Assembly (NCBI GenBank): GCA_964543655.1
Contig: CAZIZE010000063.1
Location: 23,020-87,019 of the forward strand
Direction of reading: 5' to 3'
Length of the DNA stretch: 64,000 nt
Source of the DNA: an uncultured bacterium
GTDB lineage: Bacteria > DYJV01
A model generated the notes under the pieces. The model did no database searches. It saw only the letters and a program-made list of their open reading frames with translations, and was not told the DNA's origin. Both the position numbers and the translations under genes were made by a program. Below, in pieces: positions 28,981 to 38,565 of the stretch (positions within the stretch are counted from its first letter, which is position 1; every line of letters begins with the position of its first letter).

Positions 28981-29697
28981 ATGGCAAAGCTTGGAGTAAA
29001 TGTTGACCATGTAGCAACTATCAGGCAAGCAAGAGGTATTAATGAGCCTGACCCAATTTATGCTGCATTAATTGCTGAAGAAGCAGGTGCATCATGTATT
29101 ACTGTTCATCTAAGAGAGGATAGAAGGCATATACAAGATAGAGATGTTATACTGCTTAACCAAATTATTAAAACCAAACTTAACCTTGAAATGGGTTTAT
29201 TTGAAAATGTTCTTGAAATAGCACTTAAAGTTAAGCCGTATTCAGTTTGCATAGTACCAGAGAGAAGAGAAGAATTAACAACAGAAGGTGGTCTTGATGT
29301 GGTAAAGTTTTTTAATAGCATAGAGGATTATATTAAAATTTTTCATAAAAATAACATTGTTGTAAGTTTATTTGTTGATCCAGATCTTGATCAGATTAAA
29401 GCAAGTAGAGATGCAGGAGCAGATTATGTGGAACTTCACACAGGGAGATACGCTGATGCAGAAAATGAAGAAGTAGAAATGCAAGAATTTCAAATATTAA
29501 AGAAGGCTGCTCAATATACCTTAAATATTGGGTTGGGACTCAATGCTGGACATGGGCTTAATTATAGAAACGTTACTCCTGTTGCAAAGCTACCAAATAT
29601 GAATGAACTGAATATTGGACATAGTATAGTTGCAAGAGCTGTTATTGTTGGTTTTAAAGAAGCAGTTAAAGAAATGGTTCGACTTATTAATTGTTAG
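28981..29697 (+). CDS. pdxJ: Pyridoxine 5'-phosphate synthase PdxJ
   Basis: MAKLGVNVDHVATIRQARG...EPDP...VHLREDRRHIQDRD canonical PdxJ. Confidence 0.9.
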   Translation: MAKLGVNVDHVATIRQARGINEPDPIYAALIAEEAGASCITVHLREDRRHIQDRDVILLNQIIKTKLNLEMGLFENVLEIALKVKPYSVCIVPERREELTTEGGLDVVKFFNSIEDYIKIFHKNNIVVSLFVDPDLDQIKASRDAGADYVELHTGRYADAENEEVEMQEFQILKKAAQYTLNIGLGLNAGHGLNYRNVTPVAKLPNMNELNIGHSIVARAVIVGFKEAVKEMVRLINC

Positions 29698-29709
29698 TGG
29701 AGGATTTTT

Positions 29710-31248
29710 ATGGATTTTGATAAAGTATTGATTCTTGACTTTGGCTCCCAATATACACAACTTATTGCAAGAAGAATTAGAGAGTTAAGTGTATATTCTG
29801 AAATATTTCCTTACAATGCACCTATTGAAAAAATTAAAGATTTTAATCCAAAGGGTATTATTTTGTCAGGTGGTCCAGCGAGTGTTTATGAAGAAAATGC
29901 ACCTGTTATAAGCAAAGATATTTTTGAGCTCAAAGTTCCTGTTCTTGGTATATGCTATGGTATTCAGCTAATAAGCTTTCTTTTTAACGGAGATGTTGAA
30001 AAATCAGCAAAGCATGAGTATGGTTTTGCTATTTTAAAGATAAAAAATAGAGACCTTTTATTTAAAAATCTTCCTGAATCATTTCAGGTATGGATGAGCC
30101 ATGGAGATAAAATAATTAAACTCCCAGAAAATTTTGAAGTAATTGCTTTTACAGAGAATTCGCCATTTGCTGCAATTAGAAATATTGAGAAAAAGATTTG
30201 GGGAGTTCAATTTCACCCAGAAGTTGTTCATACAAACTATGGCAGAGAGATATTAAAAAATTTCTGTTTTGAAGTTTGTAAATGTGAGCCTAACTGGAAC
30301 ATTGGCTCTTTTTTAAATGATACAGTTAAGCAGATAAAGAAAATTGTTGGAAATGAACGAGTTATATGTGGATTAAGTGGGGGAGTTGATTCATCTGTTG
30401 TTGCAGTGCTAATACATAAAGCTATTGGAGAACAATTAACCTGTATTTTTGTTAACAATGGTGTTTTAAGAAAAAATGAAGCAGAAAAAGTGAAAAAAAT
30501 TTTCAGAGAAAATTTTAAGATAAATTTAATTTATGTTGATGCTGAGAATATTTTCCTTGAAAAGCTAAAAGGTGTTACTGACCCTGAGAAAAAGAGAAAG
30601 ATTATTGGAAACACATTTATTGAAGTTTTTGAAAAAGAAGCAAAAAAGCTTGGTAATGTAAGGTTTCTTGCTCAGGGTACATTATATCCTGATGTAATTG
30701 AAAGTGTTTCTTTTAAGGGACCTTCAGCGACAATTAAAAGTCACCACAATGTAGGTGGGCTTCCAGAGAAAATGAATTTAAAGTTAATAGAGCCCCTGAG
30801 AGAGCTTTTCAAAGATGAGGTTAGAAAGCTTGGTAAAGAACTTGGAATGCCTGATGAGATTATTTTCAGGCAGCCATTTCCTGGTCCGGGGCTTGCAATT
30901 AGAATTATTGGAGAGGTTAATAAAGAGAGACTTAATATTTTAAGAGAAGCTGATGATATTATTTTATCAGAAATAAAAGCAGCAGGACTTTACAGAGAAA
31001 TCTGGCAAAGTTTTGGAGTGCTCTTGCCAGTAAAGACTGTTGGTGTTATGGGAGATGAAAGAACTTATGAAAATGTTATTGCAATTAGAGCTGTAAATAG
31101 TGTAGATGGAATGACAGCTGACTGGGTTAAACTTCCGTATGAGTTATTAGGTAAAATTTCAAATAGAATAATTAATGAAATTAGAGGAGTAAATAGAGTA
31201 GTGTATGATATTTCCTCAAAGCCACCAGCTACAATAGAATGGGAATAG
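29710..31248 (+). CDS. guaA: GMP synthase (glutamine-hydrolysing) GuaA
   Basis: GATase1 domain ([25 protein letters not shown]...GICYG) plus ATP-PPase SGGVDSSV and C-terminal dimerisation domain. Confidence 0.95.
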   Translation: MDFDKVLILDFGSQYTQLIARRIRELSVYSEIFPYNAPIEKIKDFNPKGIILSGGPASVYEENAPVISKDIFELKVPVLGICYGIQLISFLFNGDVEKSAKHEYGFAILKIKNRDLLFKNLPESFQVWMSHGDKIIKLPENFEVIAFTENSPFAAIRNIEKKIWGVQFHPEVVHTNYGREILKNFCFEVCKCEPNWNIGSFLNDTVKQIKKIVGNERVICGLSGGVDSSVVAVLIHKAIGEQLTCIFVNNGVLRKNEAEKVKKIFRENFKINLIYVDAENIFLEKLKGVTDPEKKRKIIGNTFIEVFEKEAKKLGNVRFLAQGTLYPDVIESVSFKGPSATIKSHHNVGGLPEKMNLKLIEPLRELFKDEVRKLGKELGMPDEIIFRQPFPGPGLAIRIIGEVNKERLNILREADDIILSEIKAAGLYREIWQSFGVLLPVKTVGVMGDERTYENVIAIRAVNSVDGMTADWVKLPYELLGKISNRIINEIRGVNRVVYDISSKPPATIEWE

Positions 31249-31252
31249 TGAA

Positions 31253-31906
31253 ATGAAAAAGATTATTTTAATATTTTTAATCTGTTATGTGAATTTTGCA
31301 TTTGCAAGTGAACTTACAGTAAATTTTGTGCTAAAAAATTTACACAAAAATTATGATAATGTTACAAGTTTTAAAGCTGAATTTAAACAGATCTCTTTTT
31401 TTAAATCAGTTAATAGCGTGCAGGAATTTAAGGGGACTCTTTATTTAAAAAAACCTGATAAAATGAGATGGGATTACACCTTCCCTGAAACACAGCTTAT
31501 TGTCAGTAATGGTGAAAAAATCTGGTATTATTACCCAAAAGATAATCAGGTAAACGTTGGGAATATTTCAAAGAATAACAAAGAAAAAAACCTTATTTTT
31601 ATGTTGCTTGATGGAATTACAAAAGTTGAAAAACAGTTTAATATTACCATGGTAAAAGGGAAAAATAACAAAGACTACATATATTTACAGCTTCTCCCCA
31701 AAAAACCAAATACTTTATTTGATAAAATAATTATTACACTATATAGAAAAAATTTTAAAATAGCCAAATCATACATTTTTTATCTAACAGGAGATATTTC
31801 TAAACTTATTTTTTTAAAAACATATTTAAATGTTAAATTAAGCAACGCTTTTTTTAATTTTAAACCACCAGCAGGATGTGAAGTTTTTCAAATGCCATCT
31901 TATTAA
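31253..31906 (+). CDS. LolA-like outer-membrane lipoprotein carrier protein
   Basis: Signal peptide; F-x-Q-x motif region (FKAEFKQISF...GTLYLKKPDKMRWDYTFPE) typical of LolA. Confidence 0.6.
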   Translation: MKKIILIFLICYVNFAFASELTVNFVLKNLHKNYDNVTSFKAEFKQISFFKSVNSVQEFKGTLYLKKPDKMRWDYTFPETQLIVSNGEKIWYYYPKDNQVNVGNISKNNKEKNLIFMLLDGITKVEKQFNITMVKGKNNKDYIYLQLLPKKPNTLFDKIIITLYRKNFKIAKSYIFYLTGDISKLIFLKTYLNVKLSNAFFNFKPPAGCEVFQMPSY

Positions 31907-31919
31907 TTGAGGAGTAAAT

Positions 31920-33269
31920 ATGAATTTTGCGGAAATTGACAAGAAGTATATATGGCACCCATGCACTCAGATGAAAGATCATGAACAGTTTCCTATTATT
32001 CCCATTGTTAAAGGAAAAGGTGTTTACCTATACGATATTAATGGGAATAAACTTTTAGATGCAATTTCTTCATGGTGGGTTAATATATTTGGCCATTCAA
32101 ATGAGAGGATTAATAATGCAATAAAGAAGCAACTTGACACATTAGAGCATGTTATTTTTGCAGGTTTTACTCATGAGCCAGCTGCAATTCTTGCTGAAAA
32201 ACTTATTAAAATAATGCCTGACAATATAAGAAAAATATTTTTTGCAGACAATGGCTCAAGTGCTGTTGAAGTTGCACTAAAAATGAGCTTTCAATATTTT
32301 CAGCAAATAGGTTTAAAGAAAAAAACTAAATTTATATCAATAGAAGGCTCATATCATGGTGAGACAATAGGTGCACTTTCTGTTGGAGGTATTGATCTTT
32401 ATAAGCAGATATATGCTCCAATATTACTTGACTGTATTAAAGTAAAGGGGCCAGATTGTTTTCTTTGTCCATACAACCTCAATAGGAACTCATGTAATGC
32501 AGAGTGTTTTGAATCAATGCAAAAAGCTATAGAAGAGCATCATGAAGAAATTATTTCAGTAATAATAGAACCAATGGTGCAATGTGCCAATAGTATGAAT
32601 ATTTATTCTGAGAAATATCTTATAAAATTAGCAGATTATTGCAAAAGATATAATATCCACTTAATTGCTGATGAAATAGCTGTTGGATTTGGCAGAACTG
32701 GAAAAATGTTTGCATTTGAGCATGCAAATATAAAGCCTGATATTATTTGCCTTTCAAAAGGTATTACTGCAGGATATCTACCTCTATCTGTGGTTTTAAC
32801 AACAGAAGAGGTTTACAATGTGTTTTATGATGACTATGTTAAATTAAAAGCATTTTTACATAGTCACAGTTATACAGGCAATGCAACAGCTTGTGCTGCT
32901 GCTGTGGAGACATTAAAAATTTTTGAAGAGGAAAAAATTATTAATAAAAATCTTGAAAAAAAAGAAAAAATATATAATAAATTATTAGAGGTATTTGATA
33001 ATCATCCAAATATTGGAGAGATAAGGCAGCTTGGTATGATAGCTGCCATAGAAATTGTAAAAGATAAAGAGAAAAAGATTCGTTTTCCATGGGAGCAGAG
33101 AATAGGTTTTCAGGTATATAAAGAAGCAGTGGCACGAGGAGTATTATTAAGACCACTTGGTGATGTAATTTATTTTATGCCACCTTATGTTATAAATGAA
33201 AAAGAGATTGATTTTATGATAGATGTAGCTTATAAGTCAATAAATAAAATTTTAAAAATAGAGAGGTGA
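31920..33269 (+). CDS. bioA: Adenosylmethionine-8-amino-7-oxononanoate aminotransferase BioA
   Basis: Class III aminotransferase with BioA-specific N-terminus (YIWHPCTQMKDHEQFPIIPIVKGKGVYLYDINGNKLLDAISSWWVNIFGH). Confidence 0.85.
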   Translation: MNFAEIDKKYIWHPCTQMKDHEQFPIIPIVKGKGVYLYDINGNKLLDAISSWWVNIFGHSNERINNAIKKQLDTLEHVIFAGFTHEPAAILAEKLIKIMPDNIRKIFFADNGSSAVEVALKMSFQYFQQIGLKKKTKFISIEGSYHGETIGALSVGGIDLYKQIYAPILLDCIKVKGPDCFLCPYNLNRNSCNAECFESMQKAIEEHHEEIISVIIEPMVQCANSMNIYSEKYLIKLADYCKRYNIHLIADEIAVGFGRTGKMFAFEHANIKPDIICLSKGITAGYLPLSVVLTTEEVYNVFYDDYVKLKAFLHSHSYTGNATACAAAVETLKIFEEEKIINKNLEKKEKIYNKLLEVFDNHPNIGEIRQLGMIAAIEIVKDKEKKIRFPWEQRIGFQVYKEAVARGVLLRPLGDVIYFMPPYVINEKEIDFMIDVAYKSINKILKIER

Positions 33270-33272
33270 AAA

Positions 33273-33656
33273 ATGGCACTTGATACTAAAATGAAAGTTT
33301 TGGTTGTTGATGATTTTGCAACCATGAGAAGAATAATTAAAAACATTTTGAGACAGATTGGTTTTACCAATATTATAGAAGCTGATGATGGTTCTACAGC
33401 TCTTCCTATTCTTGAAAAGGACAATATCGACCTTGTAATCACTGACTGGAATATGCCTAAAATGAGTGGATTAGAACTTCTCAAAGCCATTAGGAGTAAC
33501 CCTAATTTAAAAGATACTCCTGTGTTAATGGTAACAGCTGAAGCTTTAAAAGAGAATATAATTGAAGCTGTTAAAGCTGGAGTTAACAACTATGTTGTAA
33601 AGCCATTTACAGCACAAACTTTACAGGAAAAAATAGAGAAAATTTTTGGGAAATAA
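33273..33656 (+). CDS. CheY-like single-domain response regulator
   Basis: KVLVVDDFATMRRII...VITDWNMPKMSGLELLKAIR...PVLMVTAEA...VKPF matches all CheY conserved positions (DD, D57, T87, K109). Confidence 0.85.
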   Translation: MALDTKMKVLVVDDFATMRRIIKNILRQIGFTNIIEADDGSTALPILEKDNIDLVITDWNMPKMSGLELLKAIRSNPNLKDTPVLMVTAEALKENIIEAVKAGVNNYVVKPFTAQTLQEKIEKIFGK

Positions 33657-33659
33657 TAG

Positions 33660-34595
33660 ATGCCAAATTTATTGCAACTTTTAACAAATGAAGATGGAAA
33701 TGTTAGAAAAGCAGCCCTTCTTGGGCTTGCATATAAGGGAGAAACAACCTCATATAAAAAAATTCTTCCTCTACTTAAAGATAAATATTGGCAAATCAGG
33801 CTTGCTGCTGTTCAATGCCTTGAAATTTTAAAATGCAAGGAAGCTTTGCCATATCTGTTTAGCAGGTTAGGGATTGATGCACAATCTGGGAGAAAAGCAA
33901 TTCTTGATATATTAGCTGTTAGAAAGCCAAAACCTGAAGAAGAGGAAGATTCATCAAATGTTGAAAATTCTTTTAGAGTTAAAAAAGCAATTGCTCATGC
34001 AATTGCAACAATTGATGAAAATTACCTGATTAATCCATTAATAAATTCTTTAAGCTCTGACAATATTAATATGCAGCTTGCTGCAATTACAGGTCTTGGG
34101 AATATTGGTGCAGAATCAGCTGTACCTAAGATGTTAGAATTATTAGATACTGATAATGTATTATTGCAAAAAGCTATTATAGTTTCTCTTGGGAAAATTA
34201 AATCTTATATGGCTGTTGAACGTTTAATTGAGCTTACCGAGCATAGTGACGCTCAAATTAGGATGGAGGCTATTATTGCTCTCAATCATATTAAAGATTC
34301 AAGAGCAATAAAAATATTTATTGAGAAATTAAATGATAAAGATGTTAATGTAAGAAGGACTGCTGTTATTGCACTTGGTAATACCAAGAATCCAGAAATT
34401 TTGGATTTCCTTTTGGATAAGTTAAATGATAATAGTATTGTTGTAAGAAGAGCAGTTGTTTCTTCATTGGTAAATTACAGAGAAGAGAAGGTCCTGACCT
34501 CTCTTGTAAATCTTATGGAGCAGGAGACAGATGAAGACTTTATAAAAGAAATTTCCATGACATTTAATAAAGTTTTTGCAGGAATGTATCAGTGA
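33660..34595 (+). CDS. HEAT-repeat (PBS-lyase-type) protein
   Basis: Multiple approximately 30-aa repeats of the x-VR-xAA-xALG-xIG pattern. Confidence 0.7.
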   Translation: MPNLLQLLTNEDGNVRKAALLGLAYKGETTSYKKILPLLKDKYWQIRLAAVQCLEILKCKEALPYLFSRLGIDAQSGRKAILDILAVRKPKPEEEEDSSNVENSFRVKKAIAHAIATIDENYLINPLINSLSSDNINMQLAAITGLGNIGAESAVPKMLELLDTDNVLLQKAIIVSLGKIKSYMAVERLIELTEHSDAQIRMEAIIALNHIKDSRAIKIFIEKLNDKDVNVRRTAVIALGNTKNPEILDFLLDKLNDNSIVVRRAVVSSLVNYREEKVLTSLVNLMEQETDEDFIKEISMTFNKVFAGMYQ

Positions 34596-35398
34596 AAATA
34601 AAATGCCTAATAGCATCAACAAAAAGAAATTTTATAGATAAAATAACCAGGTTCATTAACAAAGAAAATCTTAGCCAGCTTGATATTGTAGATAAAATAG
34701 ATAGCAAAGAGATATTAAAAAAACATTATGATATTATTATAATTGATGATGATATTTGTGATGATTGGGAAAAGTTACATAAGGATATAAAAGAGACAAA
34801 TATCAACAATATTTTCATTTCAATTGTCAACAAAGTTAATATTGATAAACTTCGTCAAGCCTTTAGAGATGGTATCTATGATGTAATCCATCATAACATT
34901 AATGACAATGAAATATTGCACGTTTTTATGAAAGCTCTTGATACAGCTAAGATAATGAAATCGTGTGAAAAAGTTGTAAAATATTGTACACATAAAATTT
35001 TTTTTGAAATTCCAAGTGAAGTTAATTTAGTAAATGAGACTATTTTGCAGATATTAGAAACAGCAAAACTTGTTGGTTTTATTAAAAACACTGATTTAGA
35101 AAGTAACTTAAGACTTGTTTACACAGAAGCAATAGTTAATGCTATAGTTCATGGAAATAAATCCGATAAGAGTAAAAAGGTTATTGTTGTAGCAGAAATT
35201 ACTTATGAAAAGATGATAGTTTCCATTGAGGATATGGGAGAAGGTTTTGATTTTCAAAAGATAAATAACCCGCTTGAAGAGGATAATTTGCTCAAATCAT
35301 CAGGACGAGGCATATATTTAATAAAAGCAATTATGGATGAAGTAAAGTTTGAAAAAAATGGCAGTAAAATTATTTTAGTAAAGTATAGGGAGGGGTAA
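34592..35398 (+). CDS. Receiver-like domain fused to an HATPase_c (RsbW/SpoIIAB-type anti-sigma-factor-like serine kinase) domain
   Basis: The N-terminal half has REC-like topology but no clear phosphoacceptor context. The C-terminus (EAIVNAIVHGNKSDKSKKVIVV...IEDMGEGFD...SGRGIYLIKAIMDEV) matches the GHKL ATPase N and G boxes. Confidence 0.5.
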   Translation: MKIKCLIASTKRNFIDKITRFINKENLSQLDIVDKIDSKEILKKHYDIIIIDDDICDDWEKLHKDIKETNINNIFISIVNKVNIDKLRQAFRDGIYDVIHHNINDNEILHVFMKALDTAKIMKSCEKVVKYCTHKIFFEIPSEVNLVNETILQILETAKLVGFIKNTDLESNLRLVYTEAIVNAIVHGNKSDKSKKVIVVAEITYEKMIVSIEDMGEGFDFQKINNPLEEDNLLKSSGRGIYLIKAIMDEVKFEKNGSKIILVKYREG

Positions 35399-35418
35399 AT
35401 GGGATAAGGAGCATAGAT

Positions 35419-35712
35419 ATGCAGCAAATTCTCAACTACAATATAAAGGTTGAGAGAGTTTTCCACCTTTATCAGGAGCAAGGTGAGATAAATAGAAGTC
35501 TTTTATCAGAAGAGTTTGAAAAACTTCAAGAGCAAATCAAAGAAAAAGTTAACATGCCAGAAGAGACAGAAACTGATAATAAAGTTAAAGATAAAGAAGA
35601 ACATACTGCCTCTCCAAATAGCTATCAACAAAAGAAGAAAAAATCTAATGAGCCTAAAAAAGAGATAAAATATTTAAAAGAGCCTGATTCAAATATTGAT
35701 ATTAAAATTTAA
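35419..35712 (+). CDS. Hypothetical charged protein (97 aa)
   Basis: ORF with the Shine-Dalgarno-like sequence GGATAAGGAG upstream; low complexity; no recognisable domain. Confidence 0.35.
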   Translation: MQQILNYNIKVERVFHLYQEQGEINRSLLSEEFEKLQEQIKEKVNMPEETETDNKVKDKEEHTASPNSYQQKKKKSNEPKKEIKYLKEPDSNIDIKI

Positions 35713-35720
35713 AAATATCT

Positions 35721-35752
35721 ATTATACAAAACCAACCTTGAATTAAGAGATT
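35721..35752 (+). repeat. Direct repeat copy A (32 nt; ATTATACAAAACCAACCTTGAATTAAGAGATT)
   Basis: Matches copy B at 35984-36015 at 31 of 32 positions. Confidence 0.8.
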
Positions 35753-35788
35753 GTTAGCGCTGAAGCCTTTAAATAGTTGTCAGTTATT

Positions 35789-35923
35789 AGTTCAAAGTTC
35801 AAGGTTAAAAGTTAAATCAGGATTTGGGATTTAGGGATTAGGAATAAGTAGGGGCAATTTATGAATTGCCATTACGGGATATTATATAAGTTTACAGTTC
35901 AACGTTCATAGTTCAATGTTGAA
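35789..35923 (+). repeat. Two clusters of tandem heptamer repeats (unit AGTTCAA) and a GGGATT triplet flanking a perfect hairpin (GGCAATT-TATG-AATTGCC at 35853-35870)
   Basis: 35789-35816 AGTTCAA AGTTCAA GGTTAAA AGTTAAA; 35821-35846 GGGATTT AGGGATT AGGAATA; 35896-35923 AGTTCAA CGTTCAT AGTTCAA TGTTGAA. Confidence 0.7.
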
Positions 35924-35983
35924 AAATACTTTAATAACAGTAAGTTAAAAATATTGCAAATGTCATTTCAAGTAGAAAACTGT

Positions 35984-36015
35984 ATTATATAAAACCAACC
36001 TTGAATTAAGAGATT
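35984..36015 (+). repeat. Direct repeat copy B (32 nt), followed by the palindrome GGGCTTAAGCCC
   Basis: 31 of 32 identity to copy A; the following 25 nt differ between copies but both are GC-richer stem-like segments. Confidence 0.8.
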
Positions 36016-36168
36016 TTTCGGGCTTAAGCCCTCAAAATGACTGTTTTGATGGCAGAGAGGAGCACTGTGTGAAAAAATTACTGTTGGGTTTTACATTTGG
36101 TTTTGGATAAGAGCACCTATAAAAAACAAAGTTGGATTTTATACTTGGCTCTGTATTGGTTATAAAAA

Positions 36169-36240
36169 GCTGGTAAGGGGAATTGAACCCCTGACATGCT
36201 GATTACGAATCAGCTGCTCTACCATCTGAGCTATACCAGC
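36169..36240 (-). tRNA. tRNA-Thr (anticodon CGU)
   Basis: Reverse complement GCTGGTATAGCTCAGATGGTAGAGCAGCTGATTCGTAATCAGCATGTCAGGGGTTCAATTCCCCTTACCAGC folds as a cloverleaf (7-bp acceptor, GCTC/GAGC D stem, anticodon loop TTCGTAA, GGTTCAATT T-loop); CCA is not encoded. Confidence 0.85.
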
Positions 36241-36245
36241 AGATT

Positions 36246-38339
36246 TTAATTTCCCATTATTTCATTATAAGCTTTTATTAGCATTTCTCTGTAATATTCT
36301 ATATCATAAGAATCAGCAATTTGTCTAATTTTTACTCGCTCTTCTGAGACTTTGCTTCTATTATCTGTAATTACATATTCTACACTTTCGCCAGGTTGTA
36401 TATTGGTGAGAGAAGATGCAGCAATTATATTTAGATTTTTATTTTTATATGAAGATATAGGTTTTGAAACTCTTTTTTTTATTACCAGTTCATCAATATT
36501 GACCTCTCCATTTTGTAACAGTAGAAGATATTCTTTTAAAATTTTATTAGCGCGTTTATAATCTGGGAAAATTTTTAACAATTTTTGCTGAAAATTTTTT
36601 ATAAATATAGGGGTGTCCCTTTTTCTAAGCATCAGTCCTCTTACCTTTATTTTGCCATTATCAAATATGCCAAAAAATTTATTCATAACCTGTTTATTTT
36701 TATTCTCTGCTGAAGGAAGAAATTTAATGAATTGATAAATCCCTTCTATGTTGAGGATAAAACCAGTTTTAGTTGATATTTCTTTTGCAATATTTGTATA
36801 TTCTTCTCTTGTGGCATTTTTTTTATATATGTAGAGAGAGTCAGTTACTGCATAAATAATTTTAAACCCACTATTTTCAGCTATTTCTTTTGCTTTTAGT
36901 AGAATATCTCTGCCAGCAGCAGTTGTTGCTTCATGAGCTTCTACACATCCAAATTTTGCATTTTTATATCCTAAATAACCAAAGCAAGTAACGAGCATCC
37001 ATTTTATAGCATTCTGTCTATTTTTAAAAACTTCACTTGCTTTAAAATTTTTGTAAAGCTTTCTTTTTTTTAATAAAGGAGATATTGTCTCCGGGATAAT
37101 ACCTTGTTTTTTCTGACAAAAATAGTAATTAGTGCCAGGTATTTTAAGCTTTTCTGAAATATGCTGGCAACATTTGCAGTTTAATGTTTCAACTGATATG
37201 TTGAATTTTTCAATTATTGATGGATACATTGAAAAAAAGTCAACTTCTGCTACATTCTTGAAAATACCTACAGGTGGCAGGAAAAATAGACCACCTTTGT
37301 CAACTTTTATAAAATCTATTGCCCTTTTGAACCTTTCTGGAAAGGCTTTGTGTGAAGGAATAAGGTAATTATTTTTATAAGCTGTTTTTAGCTCCATTGT
37401 GGATATTGAGGAGCCAGGAGAAATTCTCGCAGCTTCTTGCAAAGGAAGTGAAGTGAGCCGTGCCACTTCTATTAACCCGTCAATTCCAGAATTTTTTACA
37501 AAAAAAGAATTATTAATGTCTATATGAATTCTACCTTTAAGATAGCTTATACTATCTTTAAATACTACTTTACCGTATGAAAAAAAGGAGTAAGATTTTT
37601 TTGATACAATTTTCAGATTATCTGTAGGTCTTGAGAGGGGTATATCTATGTTATATTTTTGGGCTCCAAACTTTATTAGGGGAATAATTACAGGATCTCC
37701 TGATAATGTAATAACCATATCAGGATCATATTCTTTAAAAATATTTCCAATGGAAATAAAAAATTCTTCTGTATCAAATTTTTCAAAAAAAAGTTTCTCT
37801 CCATTGGGCATGGTAATATCAATACCTGTCCATTGTGAATACTTTGGATTGCCCTTGCACACAGGGAATATGCCTAAAATGTTTAAAGGTGGTAATTTGT
37901 AATTTATATCCATGGGATTGTCTAAAGATTTAATAGAGATAATATGGTTGTTATTATGTGTTACTTCAACTTTTGCAAATGGAAAAAGATTGTGCTCAAA
38001 GTAAAATTGCAACAGAGGTGAAAGGTCAGAGTTGTAGACTCCTATATTTTCCTGGTTAAGAAGATAAGCTTTTACATTCCAGAAATTTTTAATATCCATT
38101 TTTATACCATAAACTTTTACCTTTTTTCCTGTGTAAATTTCTCCCATTTCTGTAGAGTAAAATGAAATTTTAAAAAATTTAGATAAATTTTTAATAAATT
38201 TATATGATGATTTAACATAAAGTGTAGGAGTGTAATTAAAGTATAGAAAAGATTTGCTTGCTTCATTATTAACTAAACATAGGAGCAATTTATTGTTATC
38301 AATAAAAGTATCAAGGAGAAAAAGTTCATTCTTTTTCAT
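36246..38339 (-). CDS. Family B DNA polymerase (Pol II / archaeal PolB-like) lacking the 3'-5' exonuclease catalytic motifs
   Basis: Motif A DFFSMYPSII, motif B KWMLVTCFGYLGY, motif C IYAVTDSLYI (YxDTDS), KxY-region NKFFGIFDNGKIKVRGL, plus PolB-typical GRIHIDI and GIIPETISPLLKKRKLYK. Exo I (DxE) and Exo II (NxxxFDxxY) positions are replaced (LLDTF; ITLSGDPVIIPLI). Confidence 0.8.
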   Translation of the reverse strand: MKKNELFLLDTFIDNNKLLLCLVNNEASKSFLYFNYTPTLYVKSSYKFIKNLSKFFKISFYSTEMGEIYTGKKVKVYGIKMDIKNFWNVKAYLLNQENIGVYNSDLSPLLQFYFEHNLFPFAKVEVTHNNNHIISIKSLDNPMDINYKLPPLNILGIFPVCKGNPKYSQWTGIDITMPNGEKLFFEKFDTEEFFISIGNIFKEYDPDMVITLSGDPVIIPLIKFGAQKYNIDIPLSRPTDNLKIVSKKSYSFFSYGKVVFKDSISYLKGRIHIDINNSFFVKNSGIDGLIEVARLTSLPLQEAARISPGSSISTMELKTAYKNNYLIPSHKAFPERFKRAIDFIKVDKGGLFFLPPVGIFKNVAEVDFFSMYPSIIEKFNISVETLNCKCCQHISEKLKIPGTNYYFCQKKQGIIPETISPLLKKRKLYKNFKASEVFKNRQNAIKWMLVTCFGYLGYKNAKFGCVEAHEATTAAGRDILLKAKEIAENSGFKIIYAVTDSLYIYKKNATREEYTNIAKEISTKTGFILNIEGIYQFIKFLPSAENKNKQVMNKFFGIFDNGKIKVRGLMLRKRDTPIFIKNFQQKLLKIFPDYKRANKILKEYLLLLQNGEVNIDELVIKKRVSKPISSYKNKNLNIIAASSLTNIQPGESVEYVITDNRSKVSEERVKIRQIADSYDIEYYREMLIKAYNEIMGN

Positions 38340-38565
38340 GTAGCGTTCTGATTTCTTTTAAAAGCTCTATGCACATTGATAACAATATACCTTCCATTGG
38401 CAGGGGGAAAGAGGAATAAGCGCATGCTTGAATATGTTTTCTTGCTTTTTCCCATAATTCATCAAATATCTCTTGATCCTCTTTTCGAAGTGCGCGTCTA
38501 AAATCTTTGAGATTGCTTTTTTCTCTGTTTAATACGTATGTAAAAGGTGCAACTGTCCTGCCCAT
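38326..38565 (-). CDS. Hypothetical small protein (79 aa) within the lexA-polB operon
   Basis: ORF overlapping both neighbours (14 nt with polB, 37 nt with the RecA-fold gene); no recognisable domain. Confidence 0.35.
   Translation of the reverse strand: MGRTVAPFTYVLNREKSNLKDFRRALRKEDQEIFDELWEKARKHIQACAYSSFPLPMEGILLSMCIELLKEIRTLHEKE

Noticed and set aside
35789-35923. Tandem heptamer repeats as a CRISPR array or as DnaA-box oriC
   Set aside because: The units are 7 nt with no spacers and no cas genes, so this is not CRISPR. There is no TTATCCACA-like DnaA box and no dnaA or dnaN nearby; gyrA is about 26 kb away.
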